From a virus: 43,558 bases of DNA. The stretch is taken from positions 1 through 43,558 of IMG/VR virus record IMGVR_UViG_3300002461_000156. The stretch is one strand, 5' to 3'. A model generated the notes under the pieces. It searched no databases and was not told the origin of the DNA. It saw only the letters and a list, made by a program, of their open reading frames with translations. Of this stretch, positions 7,295-15,384 are shown in pieces (within the stretch, counting starts at the first letter, position 1; the number at the start of each line of letters is the position of its first letter). The position numbers and the translations under genes are program-made.

Positions 7295-10179
7295 GCGCTG
7301 GCTTCCTGCGACGTCATAATTTTCTCGATCGGCTGAAGGCCGCCACCGATGGCGGGGTGCGATGCGTTCACTTCCACGCAGGGTATCTGGCCGCCGGGAA
7401 TGTCGGTGCCCGCACCCAGCGTCACCATGCGCCGCGTATTCAGGATGACGCCCTGCTCGCGGAGTGAGTTGAACATGGCGCGCGGGCTCACTTCGTTACG
7501 GATCAGGTAGTCGCGCAGGATGCTTTCCGAGATCATGATGCGCGCGGTGCCGACTTCGTAGCGGATCGCGAGGCGCCGGAGCGGCTTGATAAGCGGCACC
7601 TGCCTGCCGTTGTTCTTGCCCATCACGCCCTGCATGACCAGCGTGTCGCCGATATTCTCGTTAAGGAATTCGGAAAGGATCGAACTATACGATACCTCGG
7701 CCGGCGCTTGAATTTGCCCACTGGTTGTCCCAGCCGCATCTTTCAGATGCGCTATCGCCCACTCCACGATCCGAGAAGTGCTGAAATTGAGAATGCCCAT
7801 CTTGCTGACAATGGTGCCCGCGACGGCAACTGAGCCAAGCGTCCGCACCCAGAAGCGGTGTTCGGACTTGAAACCCGTAGCCTTCCAAATCTCGTCGGTC
7901 CATTGCGCCATTGCCTTCTTCGCCCAGTCCAGCATCTGCGGTTGCAGCAGCGTGCGCAGGTAGGCGTCTCCCGCGTAGCCGTAATTTGCTTCAAGTTCTT
8001 TTTTCAGCCTGTCGCCGGTCGAGTGCGGCATCGCATCCGGCAGCGCTGCCGGCAACTCGATGATGCGGTAGCCGAGCGCGTCGATCTTGCTGGCCGCCTG
8101 GATCGCGTCGATCACGGACAGGTTCGAGCCCGCGATCAGGATGGTCTGCCACGACGCCTGCGTATGCTGGATGCCGCCTTCGGCGTTGCCGCGCATCTTG
8201 TCGCGTCCGTTCGTGAAAATCAGCACGAACTCTTTCAGCACTTCCGGGTCGCGGTTCGACAACTCGTCATAGACCGCGGGCAGGTTGCCGAGCACGCCGA
8301 GCGTCAGGCCCTTCGAAACTTTCGTGTCGATATTCGTGAGCGCCAAGCCCTTCGTCGCGCCGAACACGGATGCCGCGGCCGACAGTGCGGTGGACTTGCC
8401 GGTGCCGGACTTGCGGCTGACGAGGCTCACGATCGCGCCGCCTTCATCGGTGGAGTGGAAGCGCATGAGAGGGGCTGCGAATGCGGCGAGCAGCGCGAAA
8501 GATTGTGGCTCGCAGCCGACGGCGAACAACTGGTTCGCGGCGTTCGACCACCGCTCGAGCGAACCGCCCGGCGCGGGCTGCAACCATTTCGAGCGCAGCG
8601 TTACTTCGTCGGACCCGAGCGCGGTCAACTTCCGTTCGGCGGAATAAAGCTGGCTACCGTACAAGAATTCCGTCTCGCCGTTCTTCCAGCCGAACTGGTC
8701 GTAGCGCAACCGCCGCTTCTCGGACTGAAGGTACTGCACGACGGCGTAGCGGATATAAGCGAGGAACGCTTTGCTGTCGTGGATCACGGCGCCCTTACCA
8801 AAAAATTCGGACATGCCGGCCGACGAGAATGCGGTCTTCGCGGAAAGGTGAATGTCGATCCAGCCTTCCTGCGGCAGAAACTGCTTGAACAGGTACGATA
8901 CTTTTTCGTGCTGCACTTCGCCGATCTGCACACTGTCGAGGAAGATCGGATATTCGGACACCACGATCGCTTCGGCGTCTTCACCTTGACTATCGGCTAC
9001 GTCCATGACGAGTTGCTTTGTCGCCGACCAGCGCCACGGCGCGGGCACGTTTGGCAATGTCTGCTGGTTCATCGCTTCCAGCACGGGCGCTGGCGGCGGC
9101 AAATTTGGAATTGCAGACGCGGGTTGCTTGCGGCCTAGCGAGATCGGCGAAGTTATCTTTCCGGCGAGCGGGCACCCTTCGCACCCAGCAGGATTGAGGT
9201 CGCTAAACTTTGCGCATGTAGTCGCGCCTGTGGCTCGGGATCGCCACTGCTCCAATTTATCGTTGATGGTTCCGTGCCAGGCTGGATCGGTATGCCGTAG
9301 CGCGTAGTCTGCACCGTCTTCAGCGAAGCCGAGTACGCCCAGCACTGCGTACCAAAGAGGCTCATTCATCCCTCCGGGGTTGTCGCGCACCATGCGGACT
9401 TGCGCGCATTGCGCGGCGATCGGTTCAGCAAACTTCGGGCCGAATTCTACTTGTGTCGTGGCCGCAGCGATCACGCTCGGCAGTTTCTGTTTTGGGGCTT
9501 TAGCTTTCGGCGCTACTTTCGCAGGTGCTTCCGCGCCGAGAAACACGTTAAACATTTCGAGCGCGTAGGGTCCGGCCATCGGCCCGCACATGACGGGCGC
9601 CGCGCCCTTCTTCCGATGGAACGTGCCGGGGGTACGCAGGATCGAAGCAATGTCGGCGGTACGCTCGCGGCCGGCATCCAGACCATGCTGGTAGCAAAGC
9701 GCCTTCAGTCCTTCGGCGTAGCGCTCCCACGTCTCGCGATCGAGCATGCGCTCAAGCGGCCAATAGATATGAAGACCGACCCCAGAGCCGACGTAGATCG
9801 GCGCAGGAAGTCCGGTGCGAGCGCAAAAAGCTGCGACGGCGTGAGCGGCAGCACTGGCGTCGGCATACGGTTTTCCCTCCCCGGCATCGACGTCGAGCCA
9901 GAAGCATTTCGCCCCGAGGGCGTTATCTTTTACAGGCTTCCCCCTCGACTTAAAAACTGCGCACGCATGATAGACGGAAAGTTCGTACTGCTCCGGGTCG
10001 TGCTGCCGCGCATCTTCGTCGAGAATTAGGTGCGCCAGCCCGTCGATCGTATCAGCGAACTTATTGTATTTCCCCGTCTTATCGTTTTTGTCGAGCCGGT
10101 TTTTCCGGATGACACGCGCAACTTTTATTCCGTCGTCAGGAAGGATTGCCTTGAGAAATTGCAGCGTGTTCAAGTTCAT
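7291..10179 (-). CDS. Bifunctional primase-polymerase (AEP) / SF3 (P4/D5-type) replicative helicase, 962 aa.
   Basis: The N-terminal part has CFWLDVDAG and VGSGVGLHIYWPL (AEP prim-pol catalytic motifs). A Cys cluster follows (CAKFSDLNPAGCEGCP). The C-terminal part has Walker A SRKSGTGKST and Walker B LPAVYDEL. Confidence 0.85.
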   Translation of the reverse strand: MNLNTLQFLKAILPDDGIKVARVIRKNRLDKNDKTGKYNKFADTIDGLAHLILDEDARQHDPEQYELSVYHACAVFKSRGKPVKDNALGAKCFWLDVDAGEGKPYADASAAAHAVAAFCARTGLPAPIYVGSGVGLHIYWPLERMLDRETWERYAEGLKALCYQHGLDAGRERTADIASILRTPGTFHRKKGAAPVMCGPMAGPYALEMFNVFLGAEAPAKVAPKAKAPKQKLPSVIAAATTQVEFGPKFAEPIAAQCAQVRMVRDNPGGMNEPLWYAVLGVLGFAEDGADYALRHTDPAWHGTINDKLEQWRSRATGATTCAKFSDLNPAGCEGCPLAGKITSPISLGRKQPASAIPNLPPPAPVLEAMNQQTLPNVPAPWRWSATKQLVMDVADSQGEDAEAIVVSEYPIFLDSVQIGEVQHEKVSYLFKQFLPQEGWIDIHLSAKTAFSSAGMSEFFGKGAVIHDSKAFLAYIRYAVVQYLQSEKRRLRYDQFGWKNGETEFLYGSQLYSAERKLTALGSDEVTLRSKWLQPAPGGSLERWSNAANQLFAVGCEPQSFALLAAFAAPLMRFHSTDEGGAIVSLVSRKSGTGKSTALSAAASVFGATKGLALTNIDTKVSKGLTLGVLGNLPAVYDELSNRDPEVLKEFVLIFTNGRDKMRGNAEGGIQHTQASWQTILIAGSNLSVIDAIQAASKIDALGYRIIELPAALPDAMPHSTGDRLKKELEANYGYAGDAYLRTLLQPQMLDWAKKAMAQWTDEIWKATGFKSEHRFWVRTLGSVAVAGTIVSKMGILNFSTSRIVEWAIAHLKDAAGTTSGQIQAPAEVSYSSILSEFLNENIGDTLVMQGVMGKNNGRQVPLIKPLRRLAIRYEVGTARIMISESILRDYLIRNEVSPRAMFNSLREQGVILNTRRMVTLGAGTDIPGGQIPCVEVNASHPAIGGGLQPIEKIMTSQEASA

Positions 10180-10459
10180 CGCGGATTTTCACTATGTATT
10201 TCGGCCGGTCGTGCGCCCGCACGTTTGCGGGCACGGGGAAACCAAGCTGCTTTGCCACGGCGTGCTCGAGCAGCCCGAGCCGCGACAATGCCGATTGACG
10301 ATGGCCGCGCATAGGGCTGCGGCCATCCTGCACCCAGGTTCGAACCGTCGGGTAAGGACGGTCGAACCAATAGGCGAGATCGCTGGTCTGTAAGTGACCA
10401 TCCACCATGACGCAGTTAAGCCGCGTCATGAAGGAATGGCGTGCGATTGTTTCCGTCAT
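10136..10459 (-). CDS. Small HTH-like DNA-binding protein, 107 aa.
   Basis: LQTSDLAYWFDRPYPTVRTWVQDGRSP resembles an XRE-type helix-turn-helix. ATG 10459 overlaps the upstream stop (ATGA). The 3' end overlaps the primase start by 44 nt. Confidence 0.55.
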   Translation of the reverse strand: MTETIARHSFMTRLNCVMVDGHLQTSDLAYWFDRPYPTVRTWVQDGRSPMRGHRQSALSRLGLLEHAVAKQLGFPVPANVRAHDRPKYIVKIRDELEHAAISQGNPS

Positions 10460-11676
10460 GTCGTCGGCAGATTGAAGGCGTTGGCGAGCGCGTTCTGAAG
10501 TTCCGCGCTCGGTGCGGCCGGGGTCTGCATGCCGTGAGCGGCTGCGGCACTTGGCTGCGGGGCAGCGGCGGCATCCGGCTGACGGCGCAGGAACGCCGGG
10601 ATTTCTTCCGGAGCCGGACCACCTGCGGGAGCCGCCTGCGGCGCCACGTTCGCAGTGCCAGCGTCAGCAGTCATTTCAGCCTTGGTGCGCCGCTTACGGG
10701 GCGCAGGAGCCTGCTGGGCAGGCGCGGGCTGCGGAGCCGTGGTAGCGGCGCCCCCTTGCAGGAACGACGGGATGACCGGGGCAGCGGCCGTCTGCGCAGC
10801 CGGGACCGGCGGCGGGGGAGGCGTATGCGCGACCGGGGCCTGCTGCGGCATGAACTGTACCGGAGCGGGCTGCGTTGCCTGCGGGTGATGTGCAGACGGA
10901 ACGTGCGGCTGTGCCTGCGGCGGCGCAAGCTGCGGGGCAGGCGCGACCGTCGGGGCCGGTAACTGGCCCGTGAACGGACGGTCAGTGATGCCGGTCAGGC
11001 GGTCAGCGGCCTTCTCGGCCCATACCCGCTGGATCGGCACAACATAGCTTTCCGGGATCCAGCCGACAGGTTCGAAAATGAGTACGCCAGTGGTGTTCGG
11101 GTCGAACGAGACGCGCGTGATGACGTGCGGAAAGTCGACCGGTGCGCCGCCAGCCGCGTGCTGCCCGAGCATCTGGCCGTAAGCGTTAAGGTGCTTCAGG
11201 GATGCAGGCGGAATGCGGAACTCGTAGAGCAGGCCCGAGCCGTCGCCGACCACGTAGATCGCCAGCTTCTTTACGTCGTTGCACGCCTTGGTCTGCTTGC
11301 CGGTCATCTTCGACGTGGCCGAGCCCCAGACGTTGTTCGGGCACGCAGCGCAGGTGCCGCACTGCGGCTTCGACGCGGACGAGGAAGGTCCGATGCCGTT
11401 GTCGGACCAGCAGGTCGGCGCCACGTTCTCCGCGCTCGGGTCGTATTCGTTTTCGAAATAGACCTTCGACGCGTTGTGGTTCGCCGCCACGATGATGCAG
11501 TCCATCGACAAGGTTTGGAGTATCGTTTCCTCGCCCGCCTGGTTGACGAGACGGAAGCGCGAACCCTTGATGCTGATGCGCGGGTGCGACGGAGCAGCCA
11601 GACCCTGAAGGGCAGCCGCCGAGACGGACTGCGCGGGCATTAACTGCGTAAGAAATGCTGGAACCTGGTTATGCAC
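10456..11676 (-). CDS. Replication-module protein, a possible Zn-containing ssDNA-binding protein, with a Pro/Ala/Gln-rich C-terminal half (406 aa).
   Basis: GTG 11676 is preceded by AGGAGGG. The N-terminal ~220 aa is globular with the Cys cluster CWSDNG...CGTCAACPNN...KACND. The last ~180 aa is P/A/Q low complexity. The SSB assignment is positional inference only. Confidence 0.45.
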   Translation of the reverse strand: MHNQVPAFLTQLMPAQSVSAAALQGLAAPSHPRISIKGSRFRLVNQAGEETILQTLSMDCIIVAANHNASKVYFENEYDPSAENVAPTCWSDNGIGPSSSASKPQCGTCAACPNNVWGSATSKMTGKQTKACNDVKKLAIYVVGDGSGLLYEFRIPPASLKHLNAYGQMLGQHAAGGAPVDFPHVITRVSFDPNTTGVLIFEPVGWIPESYVVPIQRVWAEKAADRLTGITDRPFTGQLPAPTVAPAPQLAPPQAQPHVPSAHHPQATQPAPVQFMPQQAPVAHTPPPPPVPAAQTAAAPVIPSFLQGGAATTAPQPAPAQQAPAPRKRRTKAEMTADAGTANVAPQAAPAGGPAPEEIPAFLRRQPDAAAAPQPSAAAAHGMQTPAAPSAELQNALANAFNLPTT

Positions 11677-11685
11677 GAAGCCCTC

Positions 11686-12072
11686 CTATGCGCGCCGGAA
11701 CTGGCACTTGGTGTAGTACGTGACGTCGACGCCCGGCGGTAATACGCCATTGTTCGCGTCCATGAATTCCTGCACCGCGGTTTTGTTTACCGCGGCAGTG
11801 AGAAGATCGCGCCGGTCGTGCTCGAACACGTAGTTCAGAAACGCAGCCGGGTCGGCGTTACGCACGGTCATCGACGTATTCTTATATGCGGTGCCGACAC
11901 CCGCGCATTTCATGTTGTCGAGCCCCTGCTGGTTCAGGAGTTCGAGCATGGTGCCCTCGATCGCTTGCATGGCGTCGTTATAGGGCTTCATCTTTTCGGT
12001 GAACGCATCCGACTGCACCTTCATGAAGTCGCGCAGTTCGATGTATTTCGCAATCAGGTCGGCCGGTGTCAT
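11686..12072 (-). CDS. Hypothetical protein, 128 aa.
   Basis: ATG 12072 is preceded by GGAGAGACTGCG, the conserved initiation cassette. The longer ORF reaching 12108 would overlap the SNF2 stop. Confidence 0.7.
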   Translation of the reverse strand: MTPADLIAKYIELRDFMKVQSDAFTEKMKPYNDAMQAIEGTMLELLNQQGLDNMKCAGVGTAYKNTSMTVRNADPAAFLNYVFEHDRRDLLTAAVNKTAVQEFMDANNGVLPPGVDVTYYTKCQFRRA

Positions 12073-12084
12073 CGCAGTCTCTCC
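12073..12084 (-). promoter_or_regulatory. Conserved initiation cassette copy: GGAGAGACTGCG-ATG.
   Basis: The plus strand reads cgcagtctctcc immediately 3' of cat 12070-72. Confidence 0.7.
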
Positions 12085-12085
12085 G

Positions 12086-13699
12086 TTAGGCGGCTTGGCC
12101 GTAGGCAAAATCGCCCCGGACCATCTTCAGCATGACGCCCTGCAACGACTGGTTCGTCTCAAGGCGCCGGAAAATCTCCCGTTCCGTCGGGGTGGAGGCC
12201 AGTTGAACGAGCAGCGTCGGCACTTTCTGGTTCGGACCCCGGATGCGTTCGTTCGCCTGCTGGTATACTTCAGCCTTGTCGGTGGGTGCGAACCAAATCC
12301 GGATAGTGGCAACCGACAGGTCGAGACCATGCGACATAGTGTCGGGGTCTGCGATCATGAGTTGCGGGTCTTTATCCTGCATGAAAGCCCTGATACGCTC
12401 GTTGCGGTCCTTGCGGCCTACCTCCCCGTTAATAACTGTCAGCGTGTAATCGCTGCTGAGTTCTTTACTTAGCATGTGTATCACGCTTGTCAAGGGTGCA
12501 AAGATAACTACTTTGCGGTCGGTTTGTTGCAGCACCCGGCGAAGTTCCGAGATACGCGGGCTTGCGTCCACCAGGTTCACTTCATGGTCGGGGCCGTAGA
12601 CCGCGCCGCATGCAATCTGGATCAGCTTGTTCCTGAGCACGGCTTCGTTCGCCGCCGTGATCTTCTGTCCGGCGCCGATCTGCACCGACAGGTTCTTCTT
12701 CATTTCGTTATAGGCTTTCGTCTGCGCCGCACTGAACTCCACGTCACGCAACGACGTCGCATCGGGTGGCACGTCCGCGCAGTCCTCGATCGCGAAGCGC
12801 ACCGCGGGCTGAAGCAGCTTACGTGCTTCTTCGTAAGAGCCTGCCCGCGGGATCCATTTGAACTGCGAGACCTGCATCATGACGCGGTTGCGGTACGCTG
12901 CGAACGTCTCGCCGTGCGCGTTGTTCACCAGCTTCGCCATGCCGTAGGCGTTAAGCGGACCTGTCGGCGTAGGCGTGCCGGTCATCAACCACAGATACGG
13001 CTTCGTGGTAAGGATCGCGCGGCCAATCCGATGACGCTTGGTAGTGTGATCTCGATAAGCGCTGGCTTCATCGACGATGGCAAGTCCAATGTCTTTTCGG
13101 GCCGCGAGATCGGCGGATAGCCCCCCGAGGACGAGCCTGCGCCCTTCTTGCCGGCTGCCGACCCCGAGCCCGTCGGTGTTGATAATGTAGAAGTCGTGGG
13201 GCTCGGCGAGTAGCTGCCTTCGCCGGTCCGCGGGTCCGTGAAGAATTGCATACGAACGACGCCCCATGAAGGCGTTGAAGATATTGTCGCCCCAGACGCG
13301 TTGAAGGATGGATAGAGGGGCGACAACGAGGCAGCGAAGCCCAGGAAAGCACCGCATAAGAAAATCAGCGGCCCATAAAGCTGCGAGCGTTTTGCCGGTG
13401 CGCATGTCGGACAGGACGAAGCCTCGCGGATTGAGCGCGAGGAAGTTCGCCGTGACGATTTGCGCTTCGAACGGGTTCGTAATGTTACGCGGTCTTGGCC
13501 AGTCATAATTATCCTCCATGGGTGCGATGACGGGAGCGTTCAACCAGCGGAGCATTTGCAGGTTGTAAAGAGTATTCGGAACGCCGATATGCGCGGGCGT
13601 CAATGCGACAGTGCCCGGCACCATTTCCTGAATGCGCGGGTCGGCATTCTGGTAGACGAGCACATTGCGCGCTCTATCGTGAGCGACGAGTTGGGTCAT
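12086..13699 (-). CDS. SNF2/RAD54-family (SF2) helicase, 537 aa.
   Basis: Motif I is LSDMRTGKTLAAL and motif II is AIVDEASAYRD (DEAx box). The C-terminal helicase lobe has VVIFAP...MSHGLDL. Confidence 0.85.
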   Translation of the reverse strand: MTQLVAHDRARNVLVYQNADPRIQEMVPGTVALTPAHIGVPNTLYNLQMLRWLNAPVIAPMEDNYDWPRPRNITNPFEAQIVTANFLALNPRGFVLSDMRTGKTLAALWAADFLMRCFPGLRCLVVAPLSILQRVWGDNIFNAFMGRRSYAILHGPADRRRQLLAEPHDFYIINTDGLGVGSRQEGRRLVLGGLSADLAARKDIGLAIVDEASAYRDHTTKRHRIGRAILTTKPYLWLMTGTPTPTGPLNAYGMAKLVNNAHGETFAAYRNRVMMQVSQFKWIPRAGSYEEARKLLQPAVRFAIEDCADVPPDATSLRDVEFSAAQTKAYNEMKKNLSVQIGAGQKITAANEAVLRNKLIQIACGAVYGPDHEVNLVDASPRISELRRVLQQTDRKVVIFAPLTSVIHMLSKELSSDYTLTVINGEVGRKDRNERIRAFMQDKDPQLMIADPDTMSHGLDLSVATIRIWFAPTDKAEVYQQANERIRGPNQKVPTLLVQLASTPTEREIFRRLETNQSLQGVMLKMVRGDFAYGQAA

Positions 13700-14052
13700 T
13701 TGTACGTGTTGATTGCGCCGGACATGGGTACGATCGCAACCACGGCGCCGGTTACTTCATCGTCAATGAGTGCCTGCGCGCGAGCGACGATAGCGATGAT
13801 CTCGTCCGCGTTGTCGCCCCAGATGCAGATAGCGCCAGCTTCGCACATGGCTTCCATTGTGACGTCCTGTCGCTTCGTCGGCTCCTTACCCGGCGCCTTC
13901 GTCTCGATTGCAATGAAGAAACCTTTGTAGCAAACCAGCAGGTCGACCGACGGTGCGCCGTAGCCCATCTGCACGGGCATGAAGTAGTACGCCCCGATCG
14001 ACTTCAGGTATTCCTTCACCTTGTCTTTGATCTTGCCTTCGGGCGTTTTCAT
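13696..14052 (-). CDS. VRR-NUC domain nuclease, 118 aa.
   Basis: DLLVCYKGFFIAIETKAPGKEPTKRQ gives the D...E-x-K nuclease core typical of VRR-NUC. It is ATGA-coupled to the SNF2 gene, a common pairing. Confidence 0.8.
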   Translation of the reverse strand: MKTPEGKIKDKVKEYLKSIGAYYFMPVQMGYGAPSVDLLVCYKGFFIAIETKAPGKEPTKRQDVTMEAMCEAGAICIWGDNADEIIAIVARAQALIDDEVTGAVVAIVPMSGAINTYK

Positions 14053-14123
14053 CGTTTCCTACCCCAAGCAAAATATGCCATGAGCAAAAATAGCACTAAG
14101 GCACCCGCAGTTGCGAAGGTCAT
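14049..14123 (-). CDS. 24-aa single-TM micropeptide (MTFATAGALVLFLLMAYFAWGRKR).
   Basis: It is not in the >=60 aa track. It is ATGA-coupled at both ends (start 14123 overlaps the upstream stop; its stop overlaps the VRR-NUC start). It has a hydrophobic core plus a basic tail. Confidence 0.45.
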   Translation of the reverse strand: MTFATAGALVLFLLMAYFAWGRKR

Positions 14124-14371
14124 TGCTTCGTCTCCGGCGTGCCGTGCGTCGGCGCTTTCACTGGCATCATGTCCATGTTGGCCGGGTCGAACTGGAAGAT
14201 GCACTCGATTGCGTCGTGCGGAATGTAGCAAATGTCGTTCACGAAATAGCCGTTCGCGCGTATGCTTTGCACGAACACGCCGAACACGAACGTCTCGGTG
14301 GTGTCCACGTCGATACTGCCGTAGCCGCCTTTTATCAGGATGCGGACCTTCGGTAATTTGATCGCAGTCAT
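14120..14371 (-). CDS. Hypothetical protein, 83 aa.
   Basis: The ORF track gives the frame. It is ATGA-coupled to both neighbours. Confidence 0.7.
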   Translation of the reverse strand: MTAIKLPKVRILIKGGYGSIDVDTTETFVFGVFVQSIRANGYFVNDICYIPHDAIECIFQFDPANMDMMPVKAPTHGTPETKQ

Positions 14372-15063
14372 AATTTAGGGTTCCTGTTGAACTCGCAGTC
14401 TTTCACGTCGCAGAAACCGCACAGCGGGTTCTGCCGCTTCGGGAAATATCTATTCTTTATCGCTTCCTCGATCTCACTCATGACCGCGTGGATGCGCTGG
14501 AAAGTGGCGCCCGCATCGCTCACATCGTGCGGCTTGCCGATCTTGTTCGCGGGCAGCCAGACGTAGTGCGCGGTGACCTTCTGCACCCACTTGTTTTCGC
14601 AGCGTAAGAGCAGCGCGTGTATCTCAAGTTCGGCCGCGTCCTCGCGGGTCTTGCCGGTCTTCCAGTCGAAGATCGAAGCGACTTCACTTGCCGGCGTCCA
14701 CAGCCCCACGTCGAGCGTGCCTCGGAACCATACGTCCGCGCCGAAGAAACTGGTTACTGACCCGTCTTTCCGGATGCCGATTTTGTGCTCGGTGTAGATC
14801 GGTATTTTCTGGCCGTCAGGCATGCGCGCGTTGTCGATCGCCGCGCAGAACGGCTCGTACTGCACCATGTTCTCGGGCAGTGGGTTGCGCGTGAGCCCGT
14901 TACTGATGCGCTTGTCCAGCGCTTCGTGGACCTTGCGGCCCCACAGCATCTGTTCGGACGGCTCGAACTTCGGCAGATCGCGCAAAATGTATTTCCGCCA
15001 CGCTTTGTGCGGGCAGTTTTCGTAGTTGTCGATTAGTGTGTGCGATCCGACGAGGGGTTTCAT
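14368..15063 (-). CDS. Cas4/AddB-like PD-(D/E)XK exonuclease with a four-Cys Fe-S cluster signature, 231 aa.
   Basis: ATG 15063 is preceded by TTTAGGAGTGAA. An N-terminal Cys (YENCPHKAW) plus the C-terminal CGFCDVKDC (C-x2-C-x5-C) gives the iron-staple pattern. IFDWKTGK is the D-x-K nuclease motif. Confidence 0.8.
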   Translation of the reverse strand: MKPLVGSHTLIDNYENCPHKAWRKYILRDLPKFEPSEQMLWGRKVHEALDKRISNGLTRNPLPENMVQYEPFCAAIDNARMPDGQKIPIYTEHKIGIRKDGSVTSFFGADVWFRGTLDVGLWTPASEVASIFDWKTGKTREDAAELEIHALLLRCENKWVQKVTAHYVWLPANKIGKPHDVSDAGATFQRIHAVMSEIEEAIKNRYFPKRQNPLCGFCDVKDCEFNRNPKL

Positions 15064-15085
15064 TTCACTCCTAAAATAAAAACGA

Positions 15086-15179
15086 CTAGCTAGGCAGGGT
15101 TCGAACCTGCACACGTCCCGATCACTTGGCCCACCATAGGCCGTTCAATCAGCCGTTCTACCAATTGAACTACTAGCGC
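15086..15179 (-). tRNA. tRNA-like element, either a pseudo-tRNA or an interrupted tRNA. The D and T arms are canonical. The anticodon region is replaced by a ~35-nt hairpin whose 5' side reads UUGAAC (Phe-GAA-like).
   Basis: Minus-strand read: GCGCTAG TA GTTC AATTGGTA GAAC ... GCAGG TTCGAAC CCTGC CTAGCTA G. The acceptor stem pairs at only 5 of 7 positions and no CCA is encoded. There are 43 nt between the D and T arms instead of about 23. Folded by hand. Confidence 0.55.
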
Positions 15180-15240
15180 TGCACTAGTTAGGTGCCGCCC
15201 GCTTGCGCGGTAGCCGTATAGGCGCTTATGAGGCGCCTAT

Positions 15241-15384
15241 TCACATTTCCTGGTTAGCCAGTCGTTTCCGGGCTGCCGAGTCGGGGACCATCTTCTCGGT
15301 TGCCCCGCCCTTCGTCTTCTTCGCGCCCTTCCCGTAGTCGAACTTGGGAGCCTTCTTCGCCGCCTTTTTCGATTTCTTTGCCAT
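15241..15384 (-). CDS. Lys-rich basic small protein, 47 aa (MAKKSKKAAKKAPKFDYGKGAKKTKGG...), in the +1 frame relative to the 91-aa ORF.
   Basis: It is not in the track. ATG 15384 has GAGG 8 nt upstream. Third-position G/C is clearly higher in this frame than in the overlapping 91-aa frame. Confidence 0.45.
   Translation of the reverse strand: MAKKSKKAAKKAPKFDYGKGAKKTKGGATEKMVPDSAARKRLANQEM

Noticed and set aside
15113-15152. Reading the 20-nt insert in the tRNA-like element as an archaeal-type bulge-helix-bulge intron.
   Set aside because: The two 3-nt unpaired segments face each other as an internal loop rather than being staggered around a 4-bp helix. No splicing endonuclease is encoded here.
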